A program made the translations under genes and the position numbers. A model generated the notes under the pieces. The model was not told the DNA's origin. It did no database searches and was given only the letters and a program-made list of their open reading frames with translations. Source: Coraliomargarita sp. (GTDB lineage Bacteria; Verrucomicrobiota; Verrucomicrobiia; Opitutales; Coraliomargaritaceae). Taken from it: a stretch of 64,000 nt of DNA. This document shows, piece after piece, positions 10,627-21,801 of the stretch. Position 1 is the first letter of the stretch. Every line of letters starts with the position of its first letter. The stretch spans positions 864,001-928,000 of the forward strand of contig OZ244160.1 of assembly GCA_965216325.1 (NCBI GenBank), written 5' to 3'.

Positions 10627-13062
10627 ATGTGCGCTGCCGCCCAACAGATTTCTCACGCGTTCTGGAAATCCCGTAATTCGGGGCTTGTGATCCTGTCGAA
10701 GGACTGGACCTCGAAGACTCAACTACCACCGCTACGCTTGGGGCCGGATAGCACCGAATTCGCAGTGCTCGAACGGGTCGAAGCCGAAGCTGCCGGTCGC
10801 TACACGCGATATTACCGCAAGAAGCAGAGTTGGATCTTCGTTATTCAGTCAAAGCGCTACACTCAGTTGCAGGATCCTAAGACGCGTGTCTTCGTCGCAG
10901 GCGAATTCAATGGCTGGGAGGACGCGATTGGTTCGGCTAAATGGGAGCTGAAGCCCGTCTCCGAGAAATCCGGCTGCAACTATGAGTTGAAAGTGCCGCT
11001 CAAGCGTATTCCGGAGGACAATCTCTCGCAGTTCAAATTTGTCACCGAAAATGGCGAATGGCTGGACGTGCCTGACAGTGCGCCGAATCTGATTCAGGCC
11101 GAGGGGATCAACAATTTTGAGCTCAATCCAGCGCAGTCGGGCAAACACATCTTCAGCTTCGAACTACCCGAGGACTACCAGCCGACGGGCACTGAAGCGA
11201 TTGTTTGGGAGGCGCCCGATGCGCGCGAAGTCCATGCGCTACCACACACGCAGTTTCTGACTTCGGCCTCGACGGATCTGGAGCTCGGAGCAATTGTCGC
11301 AGAGGACCACACGACCTTCCGCATCTTTGCCCCTCGTGCACAGGGAGTGAAGCTTTGCCTTAGCCACGAGGCCGACGAATCGGACGCGGTCTTCCACGAA
11401 CTAGAGAAGGTCGATGCCGTGACATGGGAGCTCATACTCGACCAGAATCTGGATGGCTGGTATTACACCTACCGCATCGAGGGCAAGTCGGTAGAAGGCA
11501 CCTCACACTTTGATGGCAGCTTCGCGGTGCTGGATCCCTATGCCAAGGCCTGCCTTGGTCACCGTGGTCCGGGCATCATTGTCGCACCGGAGCGCCTGCA
11601 GAAAGTTGCCAAGCAATACACCGCGCCGGCATGGCATGATCTGGTCATTATGGAAGGCCACGTGCGTGACTTTGCCGCGCATGCGCCGATCAAACTCAAG
11701 CCCGAAGAACGCAGCGGCTACACGGGCTTGCGCAAGTGGCTGAAGGCCGAAAGCTCCTACATTAAGGAAATGGGCGTCAACGCGGTCGAGCTACAGCCGA
11801 TTCAGGAATTCGATAACCGTAAGCCAGAGGACTACCACTGGGGCTATATGACGGTGAACTACTTCGCGCCGGAAAGCAGCTACGCACTCAAGCCGAAGAA
11901 GGCCTCGCAGATCGAAGAGTTTCGTGGGCTCGTGCAGGACTTCCACGATGAGGACATCGCGGTCATTCTCGATGTGGTCTACAATCACGTGGGCGAGCCG
12001 AATCACCTGTTGTTCGTCGACAAATTCTACTATTTTCACCTAGACGATGCCAATGACCTGATGAACTGGAGTGGCTGCGGTAACGACCTGCGCTGCGACA
12101 GTCCCATGGGCCGCCGCCTGATCATCGACAGCTTGAAGCATCTGGTGGAAACTTACGATGTCGATGGCTTCCGCTTCGACCTTGCCGAGCTGATCGGGAT
12201 CGAAGTGCTACGCGAGATCGAGACCGAGCTCAAGAAGATCAAGCCCTCGCTGATTCTCATTGCCGAGCCATGGAGCTTCCGTGGTCACATTCAGGACGAA
12301 CTGCGCGAGACCGGTTACGCGTCGTGGAACGATGGTTTCCGTGAATCGATCGCCAAGTTTGTGAAGGGCAATGGCAACCAAGAGATGATCCAATATTTCC
12401 TCTCCGGTTCACCGGGCACGAGCCGCTTTGCCGCACAGACGATTAACTACACCGAATCGCACGACGACCATTGCTGGCTCGACCGCATTACCGAGCGGGC
12501 AGGGCACGACGGCTCCGACCCGACATTGCTGGACCGCCGCCGCACACATTTGATGGCCTCCGTGCTGTTCAGCTCACTCGGTGTGCCAATGCTCTCTGCT
12601 GGACAAGACTTCTTGCGCTCCAAGCAAGGTGTCTCGAATACCTATCAGCGCGGCGATCTCAACGCACTCGATTACAATAAGCGCTACGTTTATTCCGGCA
12701 CACACAACTATTTCCGCGAGTGGATCCACTTCCGCCGCTCTAAGCTCGGCACGGCGCTGCGCTATGATGGTGGCCTGAAGGATGGCTACATGAAGTTCTT
12801 CTTCGCCGAGGGTTACAGCGCCACCGTCGCCGTTTATAATGCCGACGGTTCCGTTGATGCACCGAAGCTTGTCTTCGCTGTGAATCCGCATCTTGAATAC
12901 GCCAACATTGAGTGCAAGGGAGTCGATACTGCGAAACTTTTACAGATTGCCGACCAAGAACGCTTTAAAGTCGAAGGCTTGCAGCACGCCCGCATTCCCT
13001 TGGAAGAGAATGTTTTTAGCTTGCCGCCACTGACCTGCGGTCTGTGGGTGGTGCAGGACTAA
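10627..13062 (+). CDS. GH13 pullulanase/glycogen-debranching enzyme with N-terminal CBM48-like domains
   Basis: [37 protein letters not shown]. Confidence 0.9.
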   Translation: MCAAAQQISHAFWKSRNSGLVILSKDWTSKTQLPPLRLGPDSTEFAVLERVEAEAAGRYTRYYRKKQSWIFVIQSKRYTQLQDPKTRVFVAGEFNGWEDAIGSAKWELKPVSEKSGCNYELKVPLKRIPEDNLSQFKFVTENGEWLDVPDSAPNLIQAEGINNFELNPAQSGKHIFSFELPEDYQPTGTEAIVWEAPDAREVHALPHTQFLTSASTDLELGAIVAEDHTTFRIFAPRAQGVKLCLSHEADESDAVFHELEKVDAVTWELILDQNLDGWYYTYRIEGKSVEGTSHFDGSFAVLDPYAKACLGHRGPGIIVAPERLQKVAKQYTAPAWHDLVIMEGHVRDFAAHAPIKLKPEERSGYTGLRKWLKAESSYIKEMGVNAVELQPIQEFDNRKPEDYHWGYMTVNYFAPESSYALKPKKASQIEEFRGLVQDFHDEDIAVILDVVYNHVGEPNHLLFVDKFYYFHLDDANDLMNWSGCGNDLRCDSPMGRRLIIDSLKHLVETYDVDGFRFDLAELIGIEVLREIETELKKIKPSLILIAEPWSFRGHIQDELRETGYASWNDGFRESIAKFVKGNGNQEMIQYFLSGSPGTSRFAAQTINYTESHDDHCWLDRITERAGHDGSDPTLLDRRRTHLMASVLFSSLGVPMLSAGQDFLRSKQGVSNTYQRGDLNALDYNKRYVYSGTHNYFREWIHFRRSKLGTALRYDGGLKDGYMKFFFAEGYSATVAVYNADGSVDAPKLVFAVNPHLEYANIECKGVDTAKLLQIADQERFKVEGLQHARIPLEENVFSLPPLTCGLWVVQD

Positions 13063-13143
13063 CTATATGCTAGCGGGTTTCCTCTCCGCCGTAGCCATTA
13101 GAAAGCTCCTCCCAAGGAAGGGGAGGTCATCCGCCTGTAGATT

Positions 13144-13214
13144 GTAGGGCTCGTGCTTGCACGATGCCTCTGAGCCACGGACACTCGGCGGCGCTTTGCA
13201 AGCAAAGGCCCTAC
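13144..13214. repeat. REP doublet, GTAGGG family
   Basis: GTAGGGCTCGTGCTTGCACGATGCC (identical to 51895) ... GCAAGCAAAGGCCCTAC. Confidence 0.85.
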
Positions 13215-13293
13215 AGGTTTTGATGCAGTTCGACTTTACTCGACTGGATCGCTGGGAGTTAGCACAGCCCCGCTCGGCGCTGGTTGTGATTCA

Positions 13294-13785
13294 CTACCGT
13301 GATGTCAGTAGCCGCTCAGTCACGTAACGTGCAACCGCCTCGTAGTCACCCTTGTGCTGGGGGCCGACTGGCACGATTAAGGGCGTCTCCTGGTTCACGA
13401 TCTGAACTTCAAAATAGCGTGGGCTTACTGCTGGGCGGTTGGGGCCTGACGGACGATTCGTCGCTATCCTGAAAGCAAAGGACTGGATCTCAGCATAAGC
13501 GACTTCCTGCCGGATCTGTTTTGCGGGAAACTTTTTGAGAAATAGTGTCAGGCTCTCTTCGCCCAGAATAATCGGCACGCTAGAGCGAACACAGTCGATG
13601 ATTGCTGAGAAAAGGATGAGCAGTCCTGCCAGACCAAAGGGCAGCAACAAGTAAAGCGCAGCGTGTGCGGCTTTGCCCAAGAGTGGGAAAAAGCCAATCG
13701 CGCAAAAGAGCGCGCCCAAAGGCAGATAAATGAGATAAACCCATGGGGAGAAGCTTAGTTTTGGAGGCATGGGGGATGAGTTCAT
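13294..13785 (-). CDS. hypothetical membrane protein (2 TM plus soluble domain)
   Basis: Two hydrophobic segments; ATGA overlap with the upstream gene. Confidence 0.7.
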   Translation of the reverse strand: MNSSPMPPKLSFSPWVYLIYLPLGALFCAIGFFPLLGKAAHAALYLLLPFGLAGLLILFSAIIDCVRSSVPIILGEESLTLFLKKFPAKQIRQEVAYAEIQSFAFRIATNRPSGPNRPAVSPRYFEVQIVNQETPLIVPVGPQHKGDYEAVARYVTERLLTSR

Positions 13786-14291
13786 GAAGATTCGCGTTTC
13801 TGTATTCTGATTTCAGGATAGTGTTCACGTATCACTTCAATGATTTGGCTGACAGGGTTTCCATAGTTCGGTGTGATTGCGAATCTCTCCCGATCGATGG
13901 TGATCAGCGTATAGCTATTCGGCGAATCGTCATGATCTATTTCTTCGATTTCAAAGATTCGTTTTATGGGGATTCGATATGATTTGCATAGACGTTCTAC
14001 AGGGCTCACGCACTCAATCTCTCGTTCGGTGATTCGGTAGATGAAGTCTTTGTTCGCGAGGACACTAGGCAGACCGTAGAAAAAGAACAGACCTGCGGTT
14101 ACAGCGATGACGATACCATACCAGCCGAACATAAAAATGGGGTCTTCAACCGCACCGGGAAAAATGAAGTGTTGGAATGTCCAGAATCCTATAGCGACAA
14201 TCGGGGCTAAGATCATAGTGAGAAGGCCCTCTCTTCGGCTTCCTCGCGTGTGCTCAAAGAGCAACTTTGGTTCTGCGTCCATTCTCAGCAT
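13782..14291 (-). CDS. hypothetical membrane protein (2 TM plus possible PH-like domain)
   Basis: Two hydrophobic segments followed by a beta-rich domain. Confidence 0.7.
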   Translation of the reverse strand: MLRMDAEPKLLFEHTRGSRREGLLTMILAPIVAIGFWTFQHFIFPGAVEDPIFMFGWYGIVIAVTAGLFFFYGLPSVLANKDFIYRITEREIECVSPVERLCKSYRIPIKRIFEIEEIDHDDSPNSYTLITIDRERFAITPNYGNPVSQIIEVIREHYPEIRIQKRESS

Positions 14292-14306
14292 TCAGTTGCG
14301 TTTTTT

Positions 14307-14534
14307 TCAGCAATCCCCTCCGAAGTCGCCGCCGGATACAGTGCCGTCCACTCCACCTGAGCTGGATCGGTATTGTTCGAGTTGCTTCTTTTCGTTTTCG
14401 ATGAGCTCGTCGAAGTGCGCTTTCTGTTCATCCGAGAGCCGAATCCCGTCGGGGAGTTCTGCATTACAATGCTCGCAGCGAAGTGCTCTTCGGTTGAAGA
14501 CCGGCATGTCGCATTCTGGGCATCTGAAGTTCAT
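14307..14534 (-). CDS. small zinc-ribbon hypothetical protein
   Basis: CPEC...CEHC; Gly-rich tail GGDFGGDC. Confidence 0.65.
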   Translation of the reverse strand: MNFRCPECDMPVFNRRALRCEHCNAELPDGIRLSDEQKAHFDELIENEKKQLEQYRSSSGGVDGTVSGGDFGGDC

Positions 14535-14557
14535 TCTTTTTTGTGCGTGATTAGACT

Positions 14558-14818
14558 TCAATCTTCAGAATGTGAAGAGAAGTTATCGATCATGCTGAAG
14601 CTACCTTTGATTCTCCAGTAGAGGATGAATCCCGCCATTCCACCAAAGAAAGTCATGACTTTTGCTTCAGTGGTGAGGAGTTCTCCTTCTTCCGAACTCA
14701 GGAATTTGGCGCTTGGGACTTGAGTGAACCAAAACAGATCGAGCAGAGTAATTCCTGTTGCGACAAAGAAAAAGAGTCGGAACCACCATAAGCTGAAGAG
14801 TGCACGAATACTGTTCAT
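14558..14818 (-). CDS. small hypothetical membrane protein
   Basis: Two hydrophobic segments; tight packing in the array. Confidence 0.6.
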   Translation of the reverse strand: MNSIRALFSLWWFRLFFFVATGITLLDLFWFTQVPSAKFLSSEEGELLTTEAKVMTFFGGMAGFILYWRIKGSFSMIDNFSSHSED

Positions 14819-14839
14819 TTCTTTCTGTTATTTGAGCGA

Positions 14840-14971
14840 TTACATTGACCAGCCAATTGAGCAGATCATGAGGAAGAATATGATCAGTCCAGTGATTCCT
14901 AAAATTATGATGATTGCGGCCGCTTTGGCTAAAGTGCTTTTGGATTCTTCTAATTCGTCCTTTTTATTCAT
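14840..14971 (-). CDS. 43-aa single-TM small protein (not in the ORF track)
   Basis: MNKKDELEESKSTLAKAAAIIIILGITGLIIFFLMICSIGWSM; its start overlaps the upstream stop and it fills the gap in the array. Confidence 0.55.
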   Translation of the reverse strand: MNKKDELEESKSTLAKAAAIIIILGITGLIIFFLMICSIGWSM

Positions 14972-15275
14972 TATCTGGGTTTTGATTTAAAGACTCCAGA
15001 CTGTTCTCAAGTTCTGCTAAATGCGATGCTTCAAAGTTTTCGAAATTCTCTGCGAGATCGATGAGTGCCTTATTCACCATAGAGATTTTTTCTCTGGCTG
15101 CCTCTTCTCTTCCTTCTCTTAGGTCGGCATCAATTGAATTTGTAGCCCTGATCAGAGGGTGAATTATTCCAGCCTGAAAAAATTGAATGTCCGTAGCACT
15201 GAGGAAGCTATGAAGTCTATGACTCCCAATACTGAAGACTAGTGCTGTAAGCAGGATTGTGAGTATAGTCTTCAT
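14964..15275 (-). CDS. hypothetical exported helical protein
   Basis: Signal-like start MKTILTILLTALVFSIG; ATGA overlap with the upstream gene. Confidence 0.65.
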   Translation of the reverse strand: MKTILTILLTALVFSIGSHRLHSFLSATDIQFFQAGIIHPLIRATNSIDADLREGREEAAREKISMVNKALIDLAENFENFEASHLAELENSLESLNQNPDNE

Positions 15276-15628
15276 TCTTTCACCTTGACGGCTGCAGACT
15301 TTAGGCTCGAATGCTGTTTTATCGCGATAAGTGATATTATGAACAACAAGAAGCTGGCTAGTGCAGCTAGCTGTGTCTGTCTCCAATAAGCCTTTTTGAG
15401 GTCGTCCCCATACTCAACAATATCTATATAATTAATAGATATCCGATCTGGGAATTCTCCTAGTTCCTTGCGTGTGGGGTATCGGGCTTCTGCTTGGTCA
15501 GCTTGATCCAATGATATCACGGCCAAATCAATGTGTGCGTATGCTCTGACAGGTGCCACGACATGAATGGCTGTCATCAGACCCAACAACAGGGATGTGA
15601 AGAAAAGGGTAATGTAGACGATTTTCAT
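15272..15628 (-). CDS. hypothetical membrane protein
   Basis: N- and C-terminal hydrophobic segments. Confidence 0.65.
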   Translation of the reverse strand: MKIVYITLFFTSLLLGLMTAIHVVAPVRAYAHIDLAVISLDQADQAEARYPTRKELGEFPDRISINYIDIVEYGDDLKKAYWRQTQLAALASFLLFIISLIAIKQHSSLKSAAVKVKE

Positions 15629-15780
15629 TCTAGTTGACTGACGAGGAGTTCGTTTATCCCACTAAATTTTGAGATATGATAGCAGTCAAACGTAACTTTG
15701 CGTAGGTGCCTTTAGTGCATGCTAGGTGAGCATGGATCGAGTTGAGAATCTAGCTTGTGCTTAGTGACTTCTCTAACTGC

Positions 15781-15804
15781 GGGCGTCGCAAGCAACGCCC
15801 CTAC
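15781..15804 (-). repeat. single REP, GTAGGG family
   Basis: Reverse complement GTAGGGGCGTTGCTTGCGACGCCC. Confidence 0.8.
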
Positions 15805-15809
15805 AATGA

Positions 15810-16526
15810 TCAGTGCTTCTTATTCGGAGGGCGGACGTTGTTGCCGTGGATGATTACGGTCGGTGGGCGATAGTAATAGTTCCGGTAGTAGGGCACGGGG
15901 TCGGTGTAATAGCGTAAGCCGTAGGTTTGTTGCTGGCGGAGACGCTCGGCCTCCTTGCGGAGCTTCTCGGCTTCGAGGCGTGCGGCGGCCGCTTCTTTCT
16001 CGGCTTGGGCAACGCGGATTTCCAAAGCGGCGATTTTCTCCTGATCCTTGAGCTCTTGAATTTCTTTTTGGTAATCGGCGAGGGCAGCTTCGATTTGTTC
16101 GGTCACATCGACGCTGGGGTATTGGCGTTGAAAGTTACGCCAGTAATCGACGCGTTCTTTGGCGGGCTTCACCCCGAAGGCGGCGTTTTGCAATTTGTCT
16201 GCTTTGGCAGCTTCACCTTGCGCAGTGTAGGCGGCTTCGGCTTCGGCTTTTTGTTGTAGGTGCTTTTCGCGTTCGACGCGCAGGGTCTCCTGATGGGCGT
16301 CGAACTCTTCGTCTGTCATCAAGTCGATTTGGGTGACTTTACCGTCCTCGACGGTGATCTCTCCCTGAGGGTAGAGCAAAATGGTTTTGTCACGTAGAAT
16401 GAGGTCGCCGACGGGCTTACCCAGTGCCTCCAGCGCAGCCTCTTGTGCCATGCCGAGCTCGACCTTGGTCGCTGCGGCAAAGGCCAGTGAAACGCATAGA
16501 AAGAAGGTGGGGACAATGGCTTTCAT
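15810..16526 (-). CDS. secreted coiled-coil hypothetical protein
   Basis: Signal peptide; LGM..EALGKP (SmpA/OmlA-like start); coiled coil; Tyr/Pro-rich tail. Confidence 0.8.
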   Translation of the reverse strand: MKAIVPTFFLCVSLAFAAATKVELGMAQEAALEALGKPVGDLILRDKTILLYPQGEITVEDGKVTQIDLMTDEEFDAHQETLRVEREKHLQQKAEAEAAYTAQGEAAKADKLQNAAFGVKPAKERVDYWRNFQRQYPSVDVTEQIEAALADYQKEIQELKDQEKIAALEIRVAQAEKEAAAARLEAEKLRKEAERLRQQQTYGLRYYTDPVPYYRNYYYRPPTVIIHGNNVRPPNKKH

Positions 16527-16710
16527 CGTTTGAACCTAGCGGGAGCTGACTGAAAATGCAAACCTGAGAGAATTGCTAGTTTATGGATATGGCCCACGAA
16601 TGACACAAATGAACACTAATACTTACAGAAGGGTAGATTTGTGGCGATTCGTGTAGTTTGCTCCGCTATCTACGCCTTGCTTCGTGTGGGCAGAAAACCG
16701 ATAACTAGCT

Positions 16711-17640
16711 CTACGTTTCCTCTTTCGTCGGGCCTTGGAGGAAGAGCCAGACCGTGATCAGGCAGCCCCAGTAAGTGATGCCGCCGACGATTTCGTGCAT
16801 TAGCATATAGTGGTCCATCAGACTCGGGGCGAGCATCACGATGATTACGATGCGCAGGGTGTTGAAAATGAAACCAATCAGCACGCCTGTCAGAATGTTG
16901 AGCAGGGCGTCGAAGATGCTGAGTCGACGATATAGTGCCAGCAGGAAGGCGATCAGCAGACTGGTGAGAATGACACCGAAGCCATTGCACTCGGACGCGA
17001 CGTGGAAGGGGTATTGGTTTACCAGCAAAATCAGCTGCGGCACGCCCTCGTTGTTGATCATGCCGAGTTCGACGCTTTTGCCAAACCAAGACAGCACCCA
17101 TCCGCTCCATTGGCCGGCGGCATTGCGCAGGGGCCAGTCGAGGGGCTCCATCAAAATACTGAGGAACAGGAAGGCACAAAGCGTGCCGCTCACGGTAAAG
17201 ACGACACGCTTGGCCTGTTCGCCAAATAGGAACAGTGCGCCGGATGCGAGGCCGCAACAGTAGGCGGGAATACTGATCGTATTGAGCACTAAGAGGAGCG
17301 TTGGATTCTCGGCGGCTGCGGTCATCGCACTGACCTGACCGGCGATGAAGCTGAGTAAGAGTAGGCTGTAGGTAATCAGCAGGCTGCGTCGCGCCAGCGG
17401 GTTGAACTCGAGCGGATCACGGATGGTGATCCCGCCAAAGCGCACCAGAAAGACGGTTGCCATCGTGAGCACGATTAGTGCGTGGAAGATACGGCTTTGC
17501 TCCTGGGCGGTGTCCATAAACCACTGAGTGATTGGCCAGAAGGCAATGCCCATGCAGGCATATAGAAACACATGCACCCAGAAGTCGGTGGTGCGGCTTT
17601 TCTCCTTGAGGCTGGTGAGCAGTTGCTGGCGAAGTGGCAT
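16711..17640 (-). CDS. exosortase/archaeosortase family protein
   Basis: Multi-TM protein; VASECNG, NTLRI and MHE supply the Cys-Arg-His triad. Confidence 0.85.
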   Translation of the reverse strand: MPLRQQLLTSLKEKSRTTDFWVHVFLYACMGIAFWPITQWFMDTAQEQSRIFHALIVLTMATVFLVRFGGITIRDPLEFNPLARRSLLITYSLLLLSFIAGQVSAMTAAAENPTLLLVLNTISIPAYCCGLASGALFLFGEQAKRVVFTVSGTLCAFLFLSILMEPLDWPLRNAAGQWSGWVLSWFGKSVELGMINNEGVPQLILLVNQYPFHVASECNGFGVILTSLLIAFLLALYRRLSIFDALLNILTGVLIGFIFNTLRIVIIVMLAPSLMDHYMLMHEIVGGITYWGCLITVWLFLQGPTKEET

Positions 17641-17733
17641 GAGCTAGATCGGTTGTTTGGCTAGCAGACAGGTGTGCTTAAGGAAAGTGCCGAGACTTCG
17701 TGGCAGAAACAATTTAAAAGGCTCTGTATGTAA

Positions 17734-17974
17734 GTAGTGGCAATGCTCCGTCATTGCCACTACAGAGTCCAAAGCGAATAACACTGAATGGCAACGACGG
17801 AGCGTTGCCCTCCATTTTTCGGGTGCCGGATACTGTATCTTCGACAAGCTTACGGCACTTAGCCTATCGACGGGCCGAGGCTGCCGTTCGCCAATCAATA
17901 TCGAATGCCGATCCATGATGGATTGATTTGAACGCCTCTTGGGCGAATGGTCGCCTCGGCGAAGCGACCCTACC
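17734..17974. repeat. composite cluster of REP-like palindromes
   Basis: GTAGTGGCAATG..CATTGCCACTAC (17734-17763); 26-mer at 17789-17814 identical to 23150-23175; 37-mer at 17839-17875; GGTCGCCTCGGCGAAGCGACCCTACC (17949-17974). Confidence 0.8.
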
Positions 17975-17986
17975 ATAGCTAGGTTC

Positions 17987-20900
17987 TTATTTCCTCCGGC
18001 GCTTTTCCCATGGCTTGCGGTCGTCGATCGGTGTGACGGGGACCGCTTCAATGCGGAGGCCGACTAGGGCCGGGTGCTTGCGCAGGGCTTTGTAGTTGGA
18101 GCCATTAATGGCGATCTTGAGCGCTTTGGATGAGTCGATGTCGACCACTTGGTTGTCGACCAGGAAGCTCACCGCGACCTCCGAGGTGTGTGCGTTTTCG
18201 ATGCTGCCGCTCTTGTTGACTTTGTATTCCTCGTCGATGGTGTCGCGCAAGAGCTCTAGGAATTTAGCCGACTGTGAGTTCGGATGCAGGATGAAGTTGA
18301 TGCGTTGAATGATGCGCGGGATCGATTTCTCCAGATCGTAAACTTCGTGCGCGGTCAGGCTCATCTCGCCCTCGCGGCGATTGGTTTGGCCATGGATGAG
18401 TGCGAGCTTGCCGTTCTCCAGTGCTGCGCCGCTCTTCTCGAATGGATCCGGGAACATGATGAGTTCGTAGTTCTGGGTCCGGGTGGCGAGATTGAAGACG
18501 GCCATCTGGCGGCTGTCTCTGCGGGTGTATTTGATCTGCAAATTACTGATAATACCACCGAGGCGATAGGTGGTGCGGTCGTCGAAGTTGGCCTTGCAGT
18601 CGTCCATGCTCTTGAAGCTATCGATCGCACTATCCAGGCCCGCGTAGGCATCCATCGGGTGACCTGAAATATAAAAGCCGAGAAGGTCCTTCTCATATTG
18701 AAGCTTTTCGGCCATCGGCATTTTTTCGATATTCGGAGCCGCCTTCTTCGCCTTGTTGTCTTCGTCAGCAACACCTGCGTCGCCACCAAGCAAGTCGAAG
18801 AGGTTTTCCTGGCCGACTTCTTTGTCTTTGCGCCGCTCGTTAGCTTCAGCCAACTCTGAATCGAGATCGTGTAACAAGTGAGCGCGGTCTTGGCCGAGTG
18901 AGTCGAAGCCACCGGTTTTGATAAGGGCTTCAATTACTCGACGGTTCACGGCCTTATCGGCATTGCGGACAATAAAGTCGGTAAAGTCTTCGTAGGGACC
19001 TTCTTTTTCACGCTCTTCGATGATGACTTCAGCGGCGCCTTCACCCACGCCCTTGATCGCGGCCATGCCGAAGCGAATACTGCCTTGCTCGCCATCGATG
19101 ATCGGCGTGAAGTTACCACCGGATGCATTCACATCGGGGCTGAGCACCGGCACGTTCATCGCGTTACACTCTTCAAGGAAATTGGAGAGCTTATCCGCAT
19201 TGCCTTGTTCGGAGGTGAGCACGGCGGCCATGAACTCGACCGGATAGTTGGCCTTGAGGAACGCGGTGCGATAACTGAGCATCGCATAGGCGGCCGAGTG
19301 CGACTTATTGAAACCGTATTGCGCGAACTTTTCCAGCAAGGCGAAGATCGACTCGGCGGTCTTGCGGTCGATGTTGTTGGTCTTCTTCGCGCCGTCGATG
19401 AACACCTGCTTCTGGGCGTCCATGACTTCTTTAATCTTCTTACCCATCGCGCGGCGCAAAATATCCGCACCACCGAGTGTGTAACCGGCGATGATCTGCG
19501 CCGACTGCATGACTTGCTCCTGATAGACCAGAACGCCGTAGGTTTCCTGCACGAGGTCTTTGAGCAGCGGGTGGGGGATCTGCACAGTCGATGGATCTTT
19601 CTTACCCTCGATGAACTGTGGAATGAACTGCATCGGGCCCGGACGGTAGAGCGCGATCAACGCGATGATCTCCTCGAAGGAACTCAAGCCGATTTGGCGG
19701 CAGAGCTGCTGCATGCCACCGGATTCCAGCTGGAACACGGCAACGGTGCGACCGCTGTTGAGCAGATCGAAAGTGGGCTGGTCTTTGAGCGACACTTTCT
19801 CGATGTCGAAGTTCGGCATGTTCCGCGTGCGTTGCACATTGGTCTGTGCATCGTCGATCACGGTCAAAGTTTTGAGGCCCAAGAAGTCCATCTTGAGCAG
19901 GCCGAGATCTTCGGATGGGCCCTTTGGATACTGCGTCGTGAGGTCGCCTTCTTGCAGAGTGACCGGAATCAGATTCGTGATGTCCTGGTCAGCAATAATC
20001 ACACCACAGGCGTGCTTACCGGTGTTGCGCACCATACCTTCGATCACACGGCCTTGTTCAATGATCGTTTGGGCGACGGGGTTGTGCTTGAGCTCTTGCT
20101 GTAGCTCGGGCGATTTTTTGACCGAGTCATCCAGCGAGATATTGAGTTCGTCGGGAATCATTTTCGCCAGCTTATTGGCCTCGGCGAATTCGATGTCGTT
20201 CACACGTGCCAAGTCGCGCACCACCATCTTCGCACCGAAGGTTCCGAAGGTGATGATGTTGGCCACGCGGTCTTCGCCGTATTTGTCGCGCACGTAGTTC
20301 ACCACCTTGTCGCGGCGACGCATGCAGAAGTCGACGTCGAAGTCGGGCGGGGAGACGCGTTCCAAGTTCAGCATACGCTCGAACAGCAAACCGAAGCTGA
20401 GTGGATCGATATCGGTGATCTTGAGCACATAGGCGACCAAGCAGCCCGCACCGGAACCACGCCCCGGACCTACTGGGATGCCTTGCTCGCGCGCCCAGTT
20501 AATGAAGTCCCAAACAATCAGGAAGTAGTCGACGAAGCCGGTGCCCGCGATAATCGCGAGTTCGTATTCGAGCTGCTCACAGTAGCGCTTGTCCTCGTCA
20601 GAGGCGCTGTCCCAGTCGGCACGGCAGGCGTCGTAGTCGGTGCCGTAGCGCTCGGTCAGGCCCTCTTTACACAGTTCGAAGAGATAGAGGCCGTTGGACT
20701 TGTGCTTGGCGCGCGTTTCATCGTCCAGGGTGATGGGCTTGTGGCCATCACGGACGAGAATCTCGTTCTTCTTTTCCTCATAGATGTCGAGCACGCGCTC
20801 AAAGTTGTCGTGGTCGCTGCCGCCGGTGCCGATTTCGATCGGCTTCTCGTAAACCGGGTAGTGGTCGACGCCGAAGGGCAGTTTGACCTCACACATCTCG

Positions 20901-21724
20901 GCAATCGCGGAGGTGTTGGTAATTGCCTCGGGACACTCCTTGAAGGCGAGATCCATTTCTTCGCGCGACTTTAGGTAGAACTGCTGCGCGTCGTAGCGCA
21001 TGCGCTTCTCGTCCTTCACCTTGGCGCCGGTCTGAATGCAGAGCATCGAATCGTGCGGTTGCCAGTCGGTGTCGTTGACATAGTGCACGTCGTTGGTGGC
21101 GACGACTTTGAGGTCGAACTCAGTCGCGATCTTGAGCAGATCTGGAATGATGCGCACTTGCTCCTCGATGCCGTGGTCCATCAATTCGATGATGAAGTAG
21201 TCCTTGCCGAAGATATCGATGAACTTGGCGGCCGCGTCGCGGGCCTTGTCAAATTCGCCTGCCAACAGGTATTGCGGAATCACCGCCGCCAGACAGCCCG
21301 AGAAGCCAATCAGGCCCTCGCTGTATTTGGCCAGCGTTTCGAGGTCGGTGCGCGGGTTGCGGTAGAAGCCTTGGGTGTGTGCGATCGAAACGATCTTACA
21401 CAGGTTCTGGTAGCCTTGGAAATTGCGCGCGAGCAGGCCCATGTGACGGGACTTCTGCTTAGCACGTAGCTCGTTGACTTCTGCAAGTTTCTCTTCGTAA
21501 ACGAGATAGATTTCACAGCCGAGCAGGGGCTTGATGCCGTGTTTTTCAGCTTGTTTGAAGAAGCTAGTGAGGCCGTAGAGGACACCGTGGTCGGTGATCG
21601 ACAGGGCCTTCATGCCCAACTCTGCGGCCCGCGAGCAAAGCCGATCTACGCGAGAACACCCATCCAGCAAGCTGTGGTCAGTATGAACGTGTAGGTGGAC
21701 AAATTCGCGGTCTTTCTCGGGCAT
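17987..21724 (-). CDS. dnaE: DNA polymerase III alpha subunit
   Basis: FVHLHVH PHP domain, [30 protein letters not shown]. Confidence 0.99.
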   Translation of the reverse strand: MPEKDREFVHLHVHTDHSLLDGCSRVDRLCSRAAELGMKALSITDHGVLYGLTSFFKQAEKHGIKPLLGCEIYLVYEEKLAEVNELRAKQKSRHMGLLARNFQGYQNLCKIVSIAHTQGFYRNPRTDLETLAKYSEGLIGFSGCLAAVIPQYLLAGEFDKARDAAAKFIDIFGKDYFIIELMDHGIEEQVRIIPDLLKIATEFDLKVVATNDVHYVNDTDWQPHDSMLCIQTGAKVKDEKRMRYDAQQFYLKSREEMDLAFKECPEAITNTSAIAEMCEVKLPFGVDHYPVYEKPIEIGTGGSDHDNFERVLDIYEEKKNEILVRDGHKPITLDDETRAKHKSNGLYLFELCKEGLTERYGTDYDACRADWDSASDEDKRYCEQLEYELAIIAGTGFVDYFLIVWDFINWAREQGIPVGPGRGSGAGCLVAYVLKITDIDPLSFGLLFERMLNLERVSPPDFDVDFCMRRRDKVVNYVRDKYGEDRVANIITFGTFGAKMVVRDLARVNDIEFAEANKLAKMIPDELNISLDDSVKKSPELQQELKHNPVAQTIIEQGRVIEGMVRNTGKHACGVIIADQDITNLIPVTLQEGDLTTQYPKGPSEDLGLLKMDFLGLKTLTVIDDAQTNVQRTRNMPNFDIEKVSLKDQPTFDLLNSGRTVAVFQLESGGMQQLCRQIGLSSFEEIIALIALYRPGPMQFIPQFIEGKKDPSTVQIPHPLLKDLVQETYGVLVYQEQVMQSAQIIAGYTLGGADILRRAMGKKIKEVMDAQKQVFIDGAKKTNNIDRKTAESIFALLEKFAQYGFNKSHSAAYAMLSYRTAFLKANYPVEFMAAVLTSEQGNADKLSNFLEECNAMNVPVLSPDVNASGGNFTPIIDGEQGSIRFGMAAIKGVGEGAAEVIIEEREKEGPYEDFTDFIVRNADKAVNRRVIEALIKTGGFDSLGQDRAHLLHDLDSELAEANERRKDKEVGQENLFDLLGGDAGVADEDNKAKKAAPNIEKMPMAEKLQYEKDLLGFYISGHPMDAYAGLDSAIDSFKSMDDCKANFDDRTTYRLGGIISNLQIKYTRRDSRQMAVFNLATRTQNYELIMFPDPFEKSGAALENGKLALIHGQTNRREGEMSLTAHEVYDLEKSIPRIIQRINFILHPNSQSAKFLELLRDTIDEEYKVNKSGSIENAHTSEVAVSFLVDNQVVDIDSSKALKIAINGSNYKALRKHPALVGLRIEAVPVTPIDDRKPWEKRRRK

Positions 21725-21801
21725 TGCCGATCAGATTGGAGGCGTGCTGATGCGATGCAAGGCCAAGCTCAGCCCCAGCTGTAATTCGTGCTGCAGGGTG
21801 C

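Noticed and set aside
13060..15800. Integron with attC sites
   Set aside because: No convincing RYYYAAC...GTTRRRY palindromes between ORFs, spacers too short, no integrase; kept only as an analogy
17644..18051. 135-aa ORF between the exosortase gene and dnaE
   Set aside because: Runs through a REP cluster and overlaps the dnaE end
19085..20104. Long antisense ORFs (also 48092-49264, 49865-50770, 52593-53831)
   Set aside because: Shadows of dnaE, cysJ, cysI and typA caused by codon bias; no motifs
17987..21724. Intein in DnaE
   Set aside because: Length is ordinary, YGFNKSH is uninterrupted, and no C...HN splice motifs are present
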